Positions 16,305 through 24,462 of a DNA stretch of 45,338 nucleotides are shown here, piece by piece (position 1 is the stretch's first letter; each line of letters starts with the position of its first letter). Position numbers and translations under genes: made by a program. The notes under the pieces are model-generated. The model saw only the letters and a list, made by a program, of their open reading frames with translations, ran no database searches and was not told the DNA's origin. The stretch is taken from contig CAYJWS010000001.1 of NCBI GenBank assembly GCA_964373925.1, positions 1 through 45,338 on the forward strand, read 5' to 3'. This DNA is from an uncultured Gammaproteobacteria bacterium (GTDB taxonomy: Bacteria; Patescibacteriota; Patescibacteriia; Buchananbacterales; GWA2-38-13).

Positions 16305-17753
16305 ATGAAAATATCTCCTAAAAAATTTGAAATGGTTGCGATTGCTTCTATTTTTTTAATTGCGATTTTTTCGCGCGTAGAGCATTCTCTTTCAAGAGAA
16401 TTTTGGTATGATGAAGCGTTTACAGGAATACTCGTGCGACAACCATGGAAAGAAATGATTCAGATGATTAAATCCGACATCCACCCGCCCCTCTACTATA
16501 TCCTCTTGAAAGCATGGTCAACTATTTTTGGCTATGGGGCATTCGCGCTTCGGGCTTTTTCCATTTCCGCCAATATCGCGCACTTGGGAATTTTCTATAT
16601 ATTTTTAAAAAAATATTGCATTGATAAAAAATTCGCCCTTATCGCGGCAATGCTTTTTGCCATAAATCCTTTTTTAATAGCATATTCTGCGGAAGCTCGG
16701 ATGTACTCGTTGTTCGCCCTGCTTTATTTTTGCGCTTTTTATTTTTTTATTAAAGCAATGCATGAGAAAAAAAATATGTATTGGATTTTCTTCTCAATCT
16801 TATACGCTTTATGTCTCTACACCCACTATATGGCAATTGTAGGAATCCTCCCCTTCTTCATATATATAATTATTGAAAAAAATCGCCTCAAAAATGCGAC
16901 AAAGTGCATCGCATCTTTCTTTGGGATTTTCTTTCTTTACTATCCGTGGCTCACAACATTTTTTACGCACTTCAATAAGGATGAAAACGGGCTGTACTGG
17001 ATTCCCGAGGCGAATATCCAGTCATTTGTAAAAACTTTTTTTGTATTTTTCTTCGGCCTAAAATCCGGCGAGGCGGGAGTCTCTCAAATACAAGACTACT
17101 TTTTCTTCAACAACAATATTTTGTTTATATTTTTAGCTGCACTGCATATAGTCGCGTTTGCAATATTTTTTTCACGGATAAAAAAATCCGCGCGCGTAAC
17201 CATATTTTTTGTTTTTTCATACTGTGCCGTTTTTATAGTATTCGCCATATCAAAGCTCAAAAACCTGCATATTTATAACGACCGCTATCTTATAGCATTC
17301 ACGCCATTTGCCATTATTTTTTTGTGGCGCGTGTTATATAAAAATATGGATAGAAAAATATTTTTTGGAATACTTTCTGCATATATAATATTTCTTTCCT
17401 TCACAAAAATTCCAATACAAAAAAATTCGTATCGCGACATAACGCGCCATATTGTTTCGAGCGATAAAAAAAACTCCCCTATAATTATTACTGACGCAAA
17501 CAATTTTGTTCTGGCCAAATACCACCTTGGAAAGGAAAACGAACGGCGATTAAAAATACTCAACAAAGATAATCCTTCATATGATTTCTCTTCCTGGGTT
17601 GTCATAAAAAATTCTGAAAGAATTTTAGGAAAAAATGAGATACCGCAAGGTTCTATAATTCTTTCATCGGATAAAAATTTCCTCTCCGAAATATCTTCCG
17701 CTGAAAAAATAAGAAAATTCGGAGATATGTATTTAACTATATTTTCCCAATAA
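16305..17753 (+). CDS. polytopic GT-C glycosyltransferase (GT39/GT83, PMT/ArnT-like)
   Basis: start moved to ATG 16305 (AGGTGG 5 nt upstream) to avoid overlap with the divergent gene; more than 10 hydrophobic segments; first-loop YDEAF and HPPLYY motifs typical of ArnT/PMT-type enzymes. Confidence 0.8.
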   Translation: MKISPKKFEMVAIASIFLIAIFSRVEHSLSREFWYDEAFTGILVRQPWKEMIQMIKSDIHPPLYYILLKAWSTIFGYGAFALRAFSISANIAHLGIFYIFLKKYCIDKKFALIAAMLFAINPFLIAYSAEARMYSLFALLYFCAFYFFIKAMHEKKNMYWIFFSILYALCLYTHYMAIVGILPFFIYIIIEKNRLKNATKCIASFFGIFFLYYPWLTTFFTHFNKDENGLYWIPEANIQSFVKTFFVFFFGLKSGEAGVSQIQDYFFFNNNILFIFLAALHIVAFAIFFSRIKKSARVTIFFVFSYCAVFIVFAISKLKNLHIYNDRYLIAFTPFAIIFLWRVLYKNMDRKIFFGILSAYIIFLSFTKIPIQKNSYRDITRHIVSSDKKNSPIIITDANNFVLAKYHLGKENERRLKILNKDNPSYDFSSWVVIKNSERILGKNEIPQGSIILSSDKNFLSEISSAEKIRKFGDMYLTIFSQ

Positions 17754-17759
17754 AGTCAA

Positions 17760-17788
17760 TTGACAAGCCAATAAAAGACTGCTAAAAT
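17760..17788 (+). promoter_or_regulatory. sigma70-like promoter upstream of the rpsF leader
   Basis: TTGACA (17760-17765), 17-nt spacer, TAAAAT (17783-17788). Confidence 0.55.
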
Positions 17789-17795
17789 TATAAAA

Positions 17796-17980
17796 ATCTA
17801 AATACCTTTTCCATAATCTTGCCTTGGGCATGATTGTCCCCTTTCTCTCGAAACACTCGAGACCTTATCGGCCGGGACAAAGGCGAAGCCCCGAATCCTT
17901 TCGGGGCAAAGTTCCAAGTTCTTGAAAAGAACAAGGAATCTGCGCTGACAATCCCGGGAAACAACGGGATTTTTGTTTTT
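17796..17980 (+). ncRNA. structured leader or small RNA upstream of rpsF-ssb-rpsR, ending in a terminator hairpin
   Basis: four consecutive hairpins: TTGTCCC..GGGACAA enclosing TCTCGAaacacTCGAGA; GCCCCGAAtcctTTCGGGGC; TTCCAAGTTCTTgaaAAGAACAAGGAA; ATCCCGggaaacaaCGGGAT followed by TTTTTGTTTTT. Confidence 0.35.
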
Positions 17981-18034
17981 AAAGATTGCATATAATATAC
18001 ATAATACCTAATTCTTAATTCTAATATTTTAGCT

Positions 18035-18517
18035 ATGAACCGTTACGAACTCCTCTATATCGTTCCCGTGCAATATACCGAAGATGAACTTGCTCCGATA
18101 AAACAAAAAATTCGCGAAGTTATCGAAAAAGCCGGGGGCACAATCTCGCTTGAAGACAGCCTTGGCAAAAAAAAGCTTGCTTATCCCATAAAAAAATTCT
18201 TTCAGGGATATTTTCTCCTCTGCCATTTTGAGCTTGATGGGTCAAAGCTTGGTTCGCTCTATAAAAACTTAAGGCTCACCGATGAAATCATAAGGCATAT
18301 TATTGTTTCTTATGAGCCAAAGTCCGCGATGAAGCTTGAAAAGATCAAAGAAAGCATGCGAAGCGCTTCCGACAACTTTGAAATAACGGAAAAAGAAGAA
18401 ATAAGGCCGCCAAAACCCGTAGAAAAACCTGAACCGAAAAAAGAAGAAGAAAAGGTCAACCTTGAAGATCTTGATAAAAAGCTTGATGAAATATTAAAAA
18501 CCGATAATCTCTTATAA
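18035..18517 (+). CDS. rpsF: 30S ribosomal protein bS6 with a charged C-terminal extension
   Basis: 160-aa ORF; N-terminal MNRYELLYIV..GKKKLAYPIKK..GYFLL matches the S6 fold signature; rpsF-ssb-rpsR gene order. Confidence 0.9.
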   Translation: MNRYELLYIVPVQYTEDELAPIKQKIREVIEKAGGTISLEDSLGKKKLAYPIKKFFQGYFLLCHFELDGSKLGSLYKNLRLTDEIIRHIIVSYEPKSAMKLEKIKESMRSASDNFEITEKEEIRPPKPVEKPEPKKEEEKVNLEDLDKKLDEILKTDNLL

Positions 18518-18576
18518 AATTTTATTTATTAATTTTGGAAATTGGAAATTAAAAATTAGAAATTAATCCTACTTAT

Positions 18577-19035
18577 ATGGATCTCAATAAAGTAATGCTC
18601 ATAGGAAATCTCACGCGCGACCCTGAAGGAAGAACAACCCCCTCGGGACAAACTGTTACAAATTTTGGAATTGCCACAAATCTCGTATGGAAAGATGCCA
18701 ATGGAGAGAGGCAAAAAAGGGCGGAATTCCACAATGTGGTTGCGTGGAGAAAACTCGCCGAAATCTGCAACCAATACCTTAAAAAGGGCAATAAGGTATA
18801 TATTGAAGGAAGGCTCCAAACTCGGGAATGGCAAGGCCAAGACGGCGTAAAGCGGCAAAAAACAGAAATAGTAGCCGATAACATGATTATGCTTGATACA
18901 AAAAATTTCTCGTCTTCTTCTTCCGCCTCCCAGCCAATTTCCGCCCCAGCCCAAAGCCATCAAGAAATGCCCGAAGAAAGCCCGAAGGAACCGCCAGTAA
19001 CAGATGAAATCCGAGTTGAAGATATACCATTTTAA
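18577..19035 (+). CDS. ssb: single-stranded DNA-binding protein
   Basis: 152-aa ORF; [38 protein letters not shown], acidic C-terminal tip DIPF. Confidence 0.93.
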   Translation: MDLNKVMLIGNLTRDPEGRTTPSGQTVTNFGIATNLVWKDANGERQKRAEFHNVVAWRKLAEICNQYLKKGNKVYIEGRLQTREWQGQDGVKRQKTEIVADNMIMLDTKNFSSSSSASQPISAPAQSHQEMPEESPKEPPVTDEIRVEDIPF

Positions 19036-19053
19036 TTTTAATCAATTATTTTT

Positions 19054-19293
19054 ATGATGAACGGAAAAAAATCAAACACGCAGCCGCCTAAAGAGCGAAG
19101 TTGCCATTTCTGCCTCAACAACAGCCAAGAAATTGATTATAAAGATATCCAAACGCTTCGAAGGTTTATTTCTTCATATAATAAAATCGTCCCAAAGCGA
19201 AGAAACGGCGTTTGCTCATTCCACCAGAGAAAGCTCGCCACTGCCATAAAACGCGCTCGCATTATGGCGCTTCTTCCGTTTACGAATAAATAA
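19054..19293 (+). CDS. rpsR: 30S ribosomal protein bS18
   Basis: 79-aa ORF; CHFC..IDYKDIQTLRRFIS..KIVPKRRNGVC..HQRKLATAIKRARIMALLP. Confidence 0.93.
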   Translation: MMNGKKSNTQPPKERSCHFCLNNSQEIDYKDIQTLRRFISSYNKIVPKRRNGVCSFHQRKLATAIKRARIMALLPFTNK

Positions 19294-19350
19294 TTTTTAG
19301 TAAACAATAATCTATAAACTAAAAACTATAAACTACCAACTGTACATTCT

Positions 19351-19923
19351 ATGGCCATGCTATCATCACTCAACGAAATCAAGCCGGGTGTAACCATCGT
19401 ATATGCGAATGATCCCCATGTAGTTTTAAAATCCCAGTTTGTCAGGATGCAGCAGCGAAAGCCCGTGATGCAGACAAAGATGCGAAACCTCATAACCAAT
19501 AAAGTTATTGAATACAGCTTTAAGCCGGGCGACCGCGTAGAAGAGGCGGAGATTGAAAGAAAAAAAGTAAACTTCCTCTACAAAGCAGGCAATGAATTTG
19601 CGTTTATGGACAATGCCGACTACGAGCAGATGACGCTTCCGGCAACGCAGGTTGGAGAAAAAGAAAAATTTTTAAAAGAAGGGCTTGAAGTTTCAATAAT
19701 AGCCTTTAATAACCAGCCGATAAATCTTGAACTGCCCCCAAAAATTGATTTTAAGGTTACAGCCACCATGGAAGGCGTTAAAGGAGATACCGCCCAAGGA
19801 AGAGTTTTAAAAGAAGCAACGCTTGAAAACGGATCAAGAATCTTAGTCCCCATGTTTATTAAAGAAGGCGAAATAATCAGAATCAACACCGAAAGCGGAG
19901 ATTATGTGGAAAGGGTGAATTGA
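19351..19923 (+). CDS. efp: elongation factor P (non-canonical modification loop)
   Basis: 190-aa ORF aligning along its length with my recollection of E. coli EF-P (FMDNADYEQ, GVKGDTAQG, VPMFIKEGEIIRINTESGDYVERV); start may be M3. Confidence 0.9.
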   Translation: MAMLSSLNEIKPGVTIVYANDPHVVLKSQFVRMQQRKPVMQTKMRNLITNKVIEYSFKPGDRVEEAEIERKKVNFLYKAGNEFAFMDNADYEQMTLPATQVGEKEKFLKEGLEVSIIAFNNQPINLELPPKIDFKVTATMEGVKGDTAQGRVLKEATLENGSRILVPMFIKEGEIIRINTESGDYVERVN

Positions 19924-19951
19924 TAATATTTTCAAGAAATTTTAAATAAAA

Positions 19952-19987
19952 AAAATCGCTCAATATTTTAATAGGCGATTTTTTTAT
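19952..19987 (+). terminator. terminator candidate after efp
   Basis: stem AAAATCGC/GCGATTTT with a 15-nt loop, followed by a T-run. Confidence 0.45.
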
Positions 19988-20027
19988 TCTCTTGAATGAT
20001 GACTCAATGGACATTTAAGGGGGCCAT

Positions 20028-20133
20028 TTGTCATCCCCGACTTGATCGGGGATCCAGAAGATGGTCCTATCCTGATGAAAATGGATCTTCGCTGGAGTTC
20101 ATCCCGTACATTGTTACGGGATGAGGATGACAG
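20028..20133. repeat. 106-bp MITE-like composite palindromic element between efp and recA
   Basis: terminal inverted repeat TGTCATCC (20029-20036) / GGATGACA (20125-20132); internal hairpins ATCCCCGActtgaTCGGGGAT and CATCCCGTAcattgtTACGGGATG; left end belongs to the CTGTCATYCC family. Confidence 0.55.
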
Positions 20134-20149
20134 TTAACACAATTTTTTC

Positions 20150-21181
20150 TTACTCATCTTTCTTTTCCATATCCTGGCTTTTCACTTTTTCCCACGCCTT
20201 TTTTTTAATTTCACTGATAATCTTCGGATTTTCTTTCAAAAAAATCCTCGCGTTTTCTCGCCCCACTCCGAGCTTTACTTCTCCAAATGAATACGAGTTT
20301 CCCGATTTTGTTACAATGCCAAGCTCTGTTCCGCTGTCCAAGAGATCTCCGCCCACAGAAATGCCTTCGTTATACATAATGTCAAATTCGCAATGGGTGA
20401 ATGGCGGGGCAACTTTATTTTTTACGATTTTTGCCTTTACGCGATTGCCAATGGTTTTTTCCGCTTGTTTGATCTGCGCAGACCGCCGTACTTCTATTCG
20501 CACCGATGAATAAAATTTTAATGCTACGCCTCCGGTTGTTGTTTCGGGATTTCCAAAAAATACTCCTATTTTTTGGCGGATCTGATTTATAAAAATAACG
20601 ATTGTATTCGTTTTTGAAACTATCCCAGCGAGCTTTCGGAGGGCCTGGCTCATCAGGCGCGCCTGAAGCCCCATGTGCGAGTCGCCCATCTCACCTTCAA
20701 TTTCATTTTTTGGCACAAGCGCCGCCACAGAATCAATCACGACGATATCAACGGCGTTTGAGCGCACGAGCGTTTCCACAATTTCAAGCGCCTGCTCGCC
20801 CGTATCGGGCTGGGAGATAAGAAGCTCCTTGATATTCACGCCGATTTTTTGGGCGTATTCCGGATCTAGGGCGTGCTCGGCATCCACAAACGCGGCAATG
20901 CCTCCCTTTTTTTGCACCTCGGCGACAATATGCTGAGCAAGGGTAGTCTTTCCGGAAGACTCCGGCCCAAAAATCTCAATAATTCTTCCTCGTGGAACCC
21001 CTCCTATGCCCAAGGCGACATCCAGAGAAAAACACCCCGTTGACACCGCGTCTACCGACACCCTCTTTGCCTCTCCAAGCTTCATTATGGAGCCATCGCC
21101 GAACTTCTCCCGAATATTTAACACGGCCGCCTCAACCGATTTTATTTTTTCTACTCCCTCCTCCTGCGTAGCTTTTGCCAT
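20150..21181 (-). CDS. recA: recombinase RecA
   Basis: start moved to MAKATQ (ATG 21181); Walker [31 protein letters not shown]2-loop [10 protein letters not shown]. Confidence 0.95.
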   Translation of the reverse strand: MAKATQEEGVEKIKSVEAAVLNIREKFGDGSIMKLGEAKRVSVDAVSTGCFSLDVALGIGGVPRGRIIEIFGPESSGKTTLAQHIVAEVQKKGGIAAFVDAEHALDPEYAQKIGVNIKELLISQPDTGEQALEIVETLVRSNAVDIVVIDSVAALVPKNEIEGEMGDSHMGLQARLMSQALRKLAGIVSKTNTIVIFINQIRQKIGVFFGNPETTTGGVALKFYSSVRIEVRRSAQIKQAEKTIGNRVKAKIVKNKVAPPFTHCEFDIMYNEGISVGGDLLDSGTELGIVTKSGNSYSFGEVKLGVGRENARIFLKENPKIISEIKKKAWEKVKSQDMEKKDE

Positions 21182-21203
21182 ATATTCTGTGTTAAATTTT
21201 AAT

Positions 21204-21884
21204 TTACTGCACAACCACCCTCCTTGTTATGGTATTATCTTTACTATGATCTTTTTTTGACGTAATAGTAATCTCGTTTATTCCATCTCGTAAGTTAATT
21301 TTTTGTGAAAATTTTCCATCTTCTCCAATAAGCACATTTTGGTCGTTGATAATGACATGAGTTCCGTCTAAAGTCCTTCCCTGAATTGTGATAAATTTTT
21401 CTTTTGTCAAAATATCCACGGAAGGATACAAGATCTCAAGCTCCGGTGGGCTGATAATCGCCTCAACCTTAAATCCTATGTATAAAAGGCAGACCAAAAC
21501 AATTGAAAATATGAAAGTATTTTTTAAAATCTTTGGAAGTGAGATCATGTGGAGCTGCGAAATTATCTTCGCTGGCTCCCTCATAGCAAATTTGCCCAAT
21601 GAGTTTAAATTTTTTTGGACAGTTCGCTCGCGCTTGTATATATGCGCCAGCTCATCGGGATCAAGTCCCAAATACGTTCCATATGCCTTGATAAAATTTT
21701 TCGTGTATACTTCGCCAGGAAGATTTTCGTACTCGCCTTTTTCAAGATAACTAAGATAATCTTTGGAAATTTTTAAAACATTCGCCACCTGTCCAAGCGT
21801 CATAGATTGCGACTTTCTTTTTGCCTCGAGTTTTTCTCCAAGCGAACTTTCTGTTTGTATCTTTTTTGATCGAAAACTTACCAT
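21204..21884 (-). CDS. RodZ-like membrane protein with an N-terminal XRE-type helix-turn-helix
   Basis: start moved to MVSFRS (ATG 21884); residues upstream of it translate the GC-rich repeat; [54 protein letters not shown] then one TM helix and a beta-rich outside domain. Confidence 0.7.
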   Translation of the reverse strand: MVSFRSKKIQTESSLGEKLEAKRKSQSMTLGQVANVLKISKDYLSYLEKGEYENLPGEVYTKNFIKAYGTYLGLDPDELAHIYKRERTVQKNLNSLGKFAMREPAKIISQLHMISLPKILKNTFIFSIVLVCLLYIGFKVEAIISPPELEILYPSVDILTKEKFITIQGRTLDGTHVIINDQNVLIGEDGKFSQKINLRDGINEITITSKKDHSKDNTITRRVVVQ

Positions 21885-21905
21885 AATTTTTAATAAATCC
21901 GAAAC

Positions 21906-21993
21906 TCTCCCCCTCTCCCATCCTCTCCCCCAAGGGGAGAGGAGAAGAGGTGAGGGCGTTTCGAGCTTCGCCCCGATCATTCGATGGGGCGAC
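21906..21993. repeat. C-run/G-run palindromic repeat plus a second GC hairpin between ftsK and the rodZ-like gene
   Basis: CCTCTCCCCCaaGGGGAGAGG (21921-21941) and TCGCCCCgatcattcgatGGGGCGA (21968-21992); very similar to 10070-10112 inside ychF. Confidence 0.6.
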
Positions 21994-22022
21994 CCGTTGT
22001 ATGACTGGTCGTGCTTAAGTTG

Positions 22023-22051
22023 ATTATACTCCTATTTTTCATCATCTTCAA
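22023..22051 (-). promoter_or_regulatory. sigma70-like promoter candidate for the rodZ-like/recA operon, overlapping the ftsK stop region
   Basis: minus strand TTGAAG (22051-22046), 17-nt spacer, TATAAT (22028-22023) preceded by AG, giving AGTATAAT as in the lexA promoter. Confidence 0.4.
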
Positions 22052-24323
22052 CCTCGTTTTCTTCGATTTGCGAGGATTCTTGGGCTGAATGTGAGATAAG
22101 TATCTCGCGCGGTTTTGCGCCATCGGAAGGCCCTATAACTCCTTGCCTCTCCAATAAATCAAGAATTCTTGCCGCTCGAGCGTATCCGATCTTGAGCCTT
22201 CGCTGCAGGAGCGAGGCCGATGCCTTCCCTGCCTGCATAATAACGCGTTTTGACTCTGGAAGGAGAGAGTCAGAATCATCATCGCTCATCTGCCCGATAT
22301 GTATTCCTCCAAGCTCGCTTGATTTTTCAACTACTTCATTAAGATATTCAGGCTCACCTTGTTTTTTAAGAAAATCCGTCACGCGTTTAATATCCTGATC
22401 CGAGGTAAGCGCGCCTTGCAAACGCTTTGGCTTTGAGAGCTCGGCCGATGTATAAAGCATATCTCCTCGTCCAAGAAGTTTTTCCGCGCCCGAGGTATCC
22501 AAAATAGTCCTAGAGTCAACAGCCGAAGCCACGGAAAACGCTATTCTTGTGGTAATATTCGCCTTAATCAACCCAGTAATAACATCAACTGAAGGGCGCT
22601 GTGTTGCCAAAACCAAGTGTATTCCAACAGCGCGCGCCATCTGCGCGAGTCGTATGATAAGCCCTTCAATCTCAGGGCCCGCCACCGCCATAAGGTCTGC
22701 AAGCTCGTCAATGATAAAAACAATATATGGCAATTTTTCTTCCATCTCGCGGTTATAAGTCGCGATATCTCTTTTATGAAATTCAGAAAGCTTGTCAAAT
22801 CTTCTTTCCATTTCATGAATGCACCAGCGAAGCGCGTTGATAGTTTTTTTTGTGTCTGTAATAACTGGCGTCAAAAGATGAGGAATCCCATTATAAATTG
22901 GAAGCTCGACCCTCTTGGGATCAACAAAAATAAAACGTAAATCTTCGGGACTATTCTGGAAAAACAGGCTCATAATAATAGAATTAATACACACGCTCTT
23001 TCCCGAGCCTGTTGACCCCGCAATAAGCATATGGGGCATCTTATGAATTTCTCCAAACCAAGGAGTTCCCTTAACGTCTTTTCCTATAGCAATAGAGAGG
23101 CTTGACTTTCTAGCTTGAAATTCACTGCTCTCGAGCATACTTCGAAGTGTCACCACCGCTGAAATTTTATTAGGGACTTCAATGCCAACGAGTGATTTCC
23201 CGGGAATAGGCGCTTCAATCCTAATGGGGTGCGCCGCAAGCGCTAATGCCAAGTTATCGTTTAAGCTGACAATTTTTGAAAGCTTAATACCCTCAGAGGG
23301 TTTTATGGTAAACTGCGTAACCGTAGGCCCTATATTCACCTCGCCCATTTCAACAGGAATATTAAAATTGGAAAGTGTTTTTTGTATGATCTCGCAATTC
23401 GCCTCTACATCACCACTTTTTGGCTTATGCGAAGTGCCATCCAAAAGATCAATGGGTATGTCAATTTTGGGAAAATGTTTTTTTATTTTTTCCTCCGGAG
23501 CTTCGTGAGTTTCCGGCCATTGAGTTTGTGCCTCCTCATCTTCCTCTTTGCTTTTATCATCTTCATAGTCTACCGGGATATTTTTGCTTTGAAATTCAAC
23601 CTCAACTTCTTCTTGCGGCTGATTCTCTTCTTTTGACTCGCCTTTCATCTTAAATTTTTGCTTATTGAACACTGCAAATAACGAAAAAAAACTTTTTAGC
23701 TTAGAAAAAAACGCCGCGTGCGAGGTATTAAAAAAAAGAAAAACACTTATGAGAAAAAAGGCAAACAAAATTATCGCGCTTGCGTAAAATCCAAATGCAC
23801 GTGACAGCGGATATGAAAGCATAAGGCCGAAAAGCCCGCCTCCAAGCCCAAGGCGCGCGGCATCAACGATGGTTTCGCGATACTTGATAAGGTGGACAAA
23901 TCCGTTAAAACTCAAAATCAAGAACATGCCCCCCAAAAAAACAACTCTGGAAATCCCTTTTTTTGAAGGTGACATGAGAAAAAATGAAACAGTGATAAAA
24001 ATTATCGGAACATACCATCGTCCAAATCCAAAAAATAATTTTATATAATATTGCAGGGCCTCTCCCGCTCTTCCGGCCAAATGAAACAAGCTCAAAAGCA
24101 TAACCGCGCCAAGCGCAAGCATGCAAATGCTCCCGATAGCCTTTTTGGCTTCCGGTGAAATATTTTTAAATTGTTTTGCAATTCCCAATGAAGAGTGCCT
24201 TTTGGGAGTAGAGTAATATTGGCTATATGTTCCTTGCGGCCGCGATGAACGGCGAGAAAACCAACCTCTTTTTCTTATTCTTTTTCTCATAAATGTGCCT
24301 GCCATTATCAAATAAATACACAT
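22032..24323 (-). CDS. ftsK: DNA translocase FtsK/SpoIIIE
   Basis: 763-aa ORF; N-terminal TM helices, acidic linker, Walker A GSTGSGKS, Walker B IVFIIDELADL, C-terminal gamma winged helix (LLQRRLKIGYARAARILDLLERQGVIGP); exact start uncertain (ATG 24323, 24305 or 24290). Confidence 0.92.
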   Translation of the reverse strand: MCIYLIMAGTFMRKRIRKRGWFSRRSSRPQGTYSQYYSTPKRHSSLGIAKQFKNISPEAKKAIGSICMLALGAVMLLSLFHLAGRAGEALQYYIKLFFGFGRWYVPIIFITVSFFLMSPSKKGISRVVFLGGMFLILSFNGFVHLIKYRETIVDAARLGLGGGLFGLMLSYPLSRAFGFYASAIILFAFFLISVFLFFNTSHAAFFSKLKSFFSLFAVFNKQKFKMKGESKEENQPQEEVEVEFQSKNIPVDYEDDKSKEEDEEAQTQWPETHEAPEEKIKKHFPKIDIPIDLLDGTSHKPKSGDVEANCEIIQKTLSNFNIPVEMGEVNIGPTVTQFTIKPSEGIKLSKIVSLNDNLALALAAHPIRIEAPIPGKSLVGIEVPNKISAVVTLRSMLESSEFQARKSSLSIAIGKDVKGTPWFGEIHKMPHMLIAGSTGSGKSVCINSIIMSLFFQNSPEDLRFIFVDPKRVELPIYNGIPHLLTPVITDTKKTINALRWCIHEMERRFDKLSEFHKRDIATYNREMEEKLPYIVFIIDELADLMAVAGPEIEGLIIRLAQMARAVGIHLVLATQRPSVDVITGLIKANITTRIAFSVASAVDSRTILDTSGAEKLLGRGDMLYTSAELSKPKRLQGALTSDQDIKRVTDFLKKQGEPEYLNEVVEKSSELGGIHIGQMSDDDSDSLLPESKRVIMQAGKASASLLQRRLKIGYARAARILDLLERQGVIGPSDGAKPREILISHSAQESSQIEENEVEDDEK

Positions 24324-24426
24324 GTATTATAACATTAAAAAAAAGAAAAGAAAATAAATTATCTAAAATAAGAGAAAAAATAAAAAAATATATTGATGAA
24401 ATATTGTAAAAAAAGAAATTACGCAC

Positions 24427-24452
24427 TAAAAAAGCCCCCGCTCTTGGGGGCT
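24427..24452 (-). terminator. rho-independent terminator after rpoC (bidirectional shape)
   Basis: stem GCCCCC/GGGGGC with a 6-nt loop, A6 before and T5 after on the plus strand. Confidence 0.8.
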
Positions 24453-24462
24453 TTTTAAAAAC

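Noticed and set aside
17788-17991. 67-aa ORF on the minus strand
   Set aside because: It lies antisense across the four-hairpin region upstream of rpsF. The promoter and terminator are oriented for the plus strand, and the ORF has no coding features.
24223-24426. 67-aa F/I/N-rich ORF upstream of ftsK
   Set aside because: It is the low-complexity translation of the AT-rich ftsK promoter/leader region and overlaps the ftsK start.
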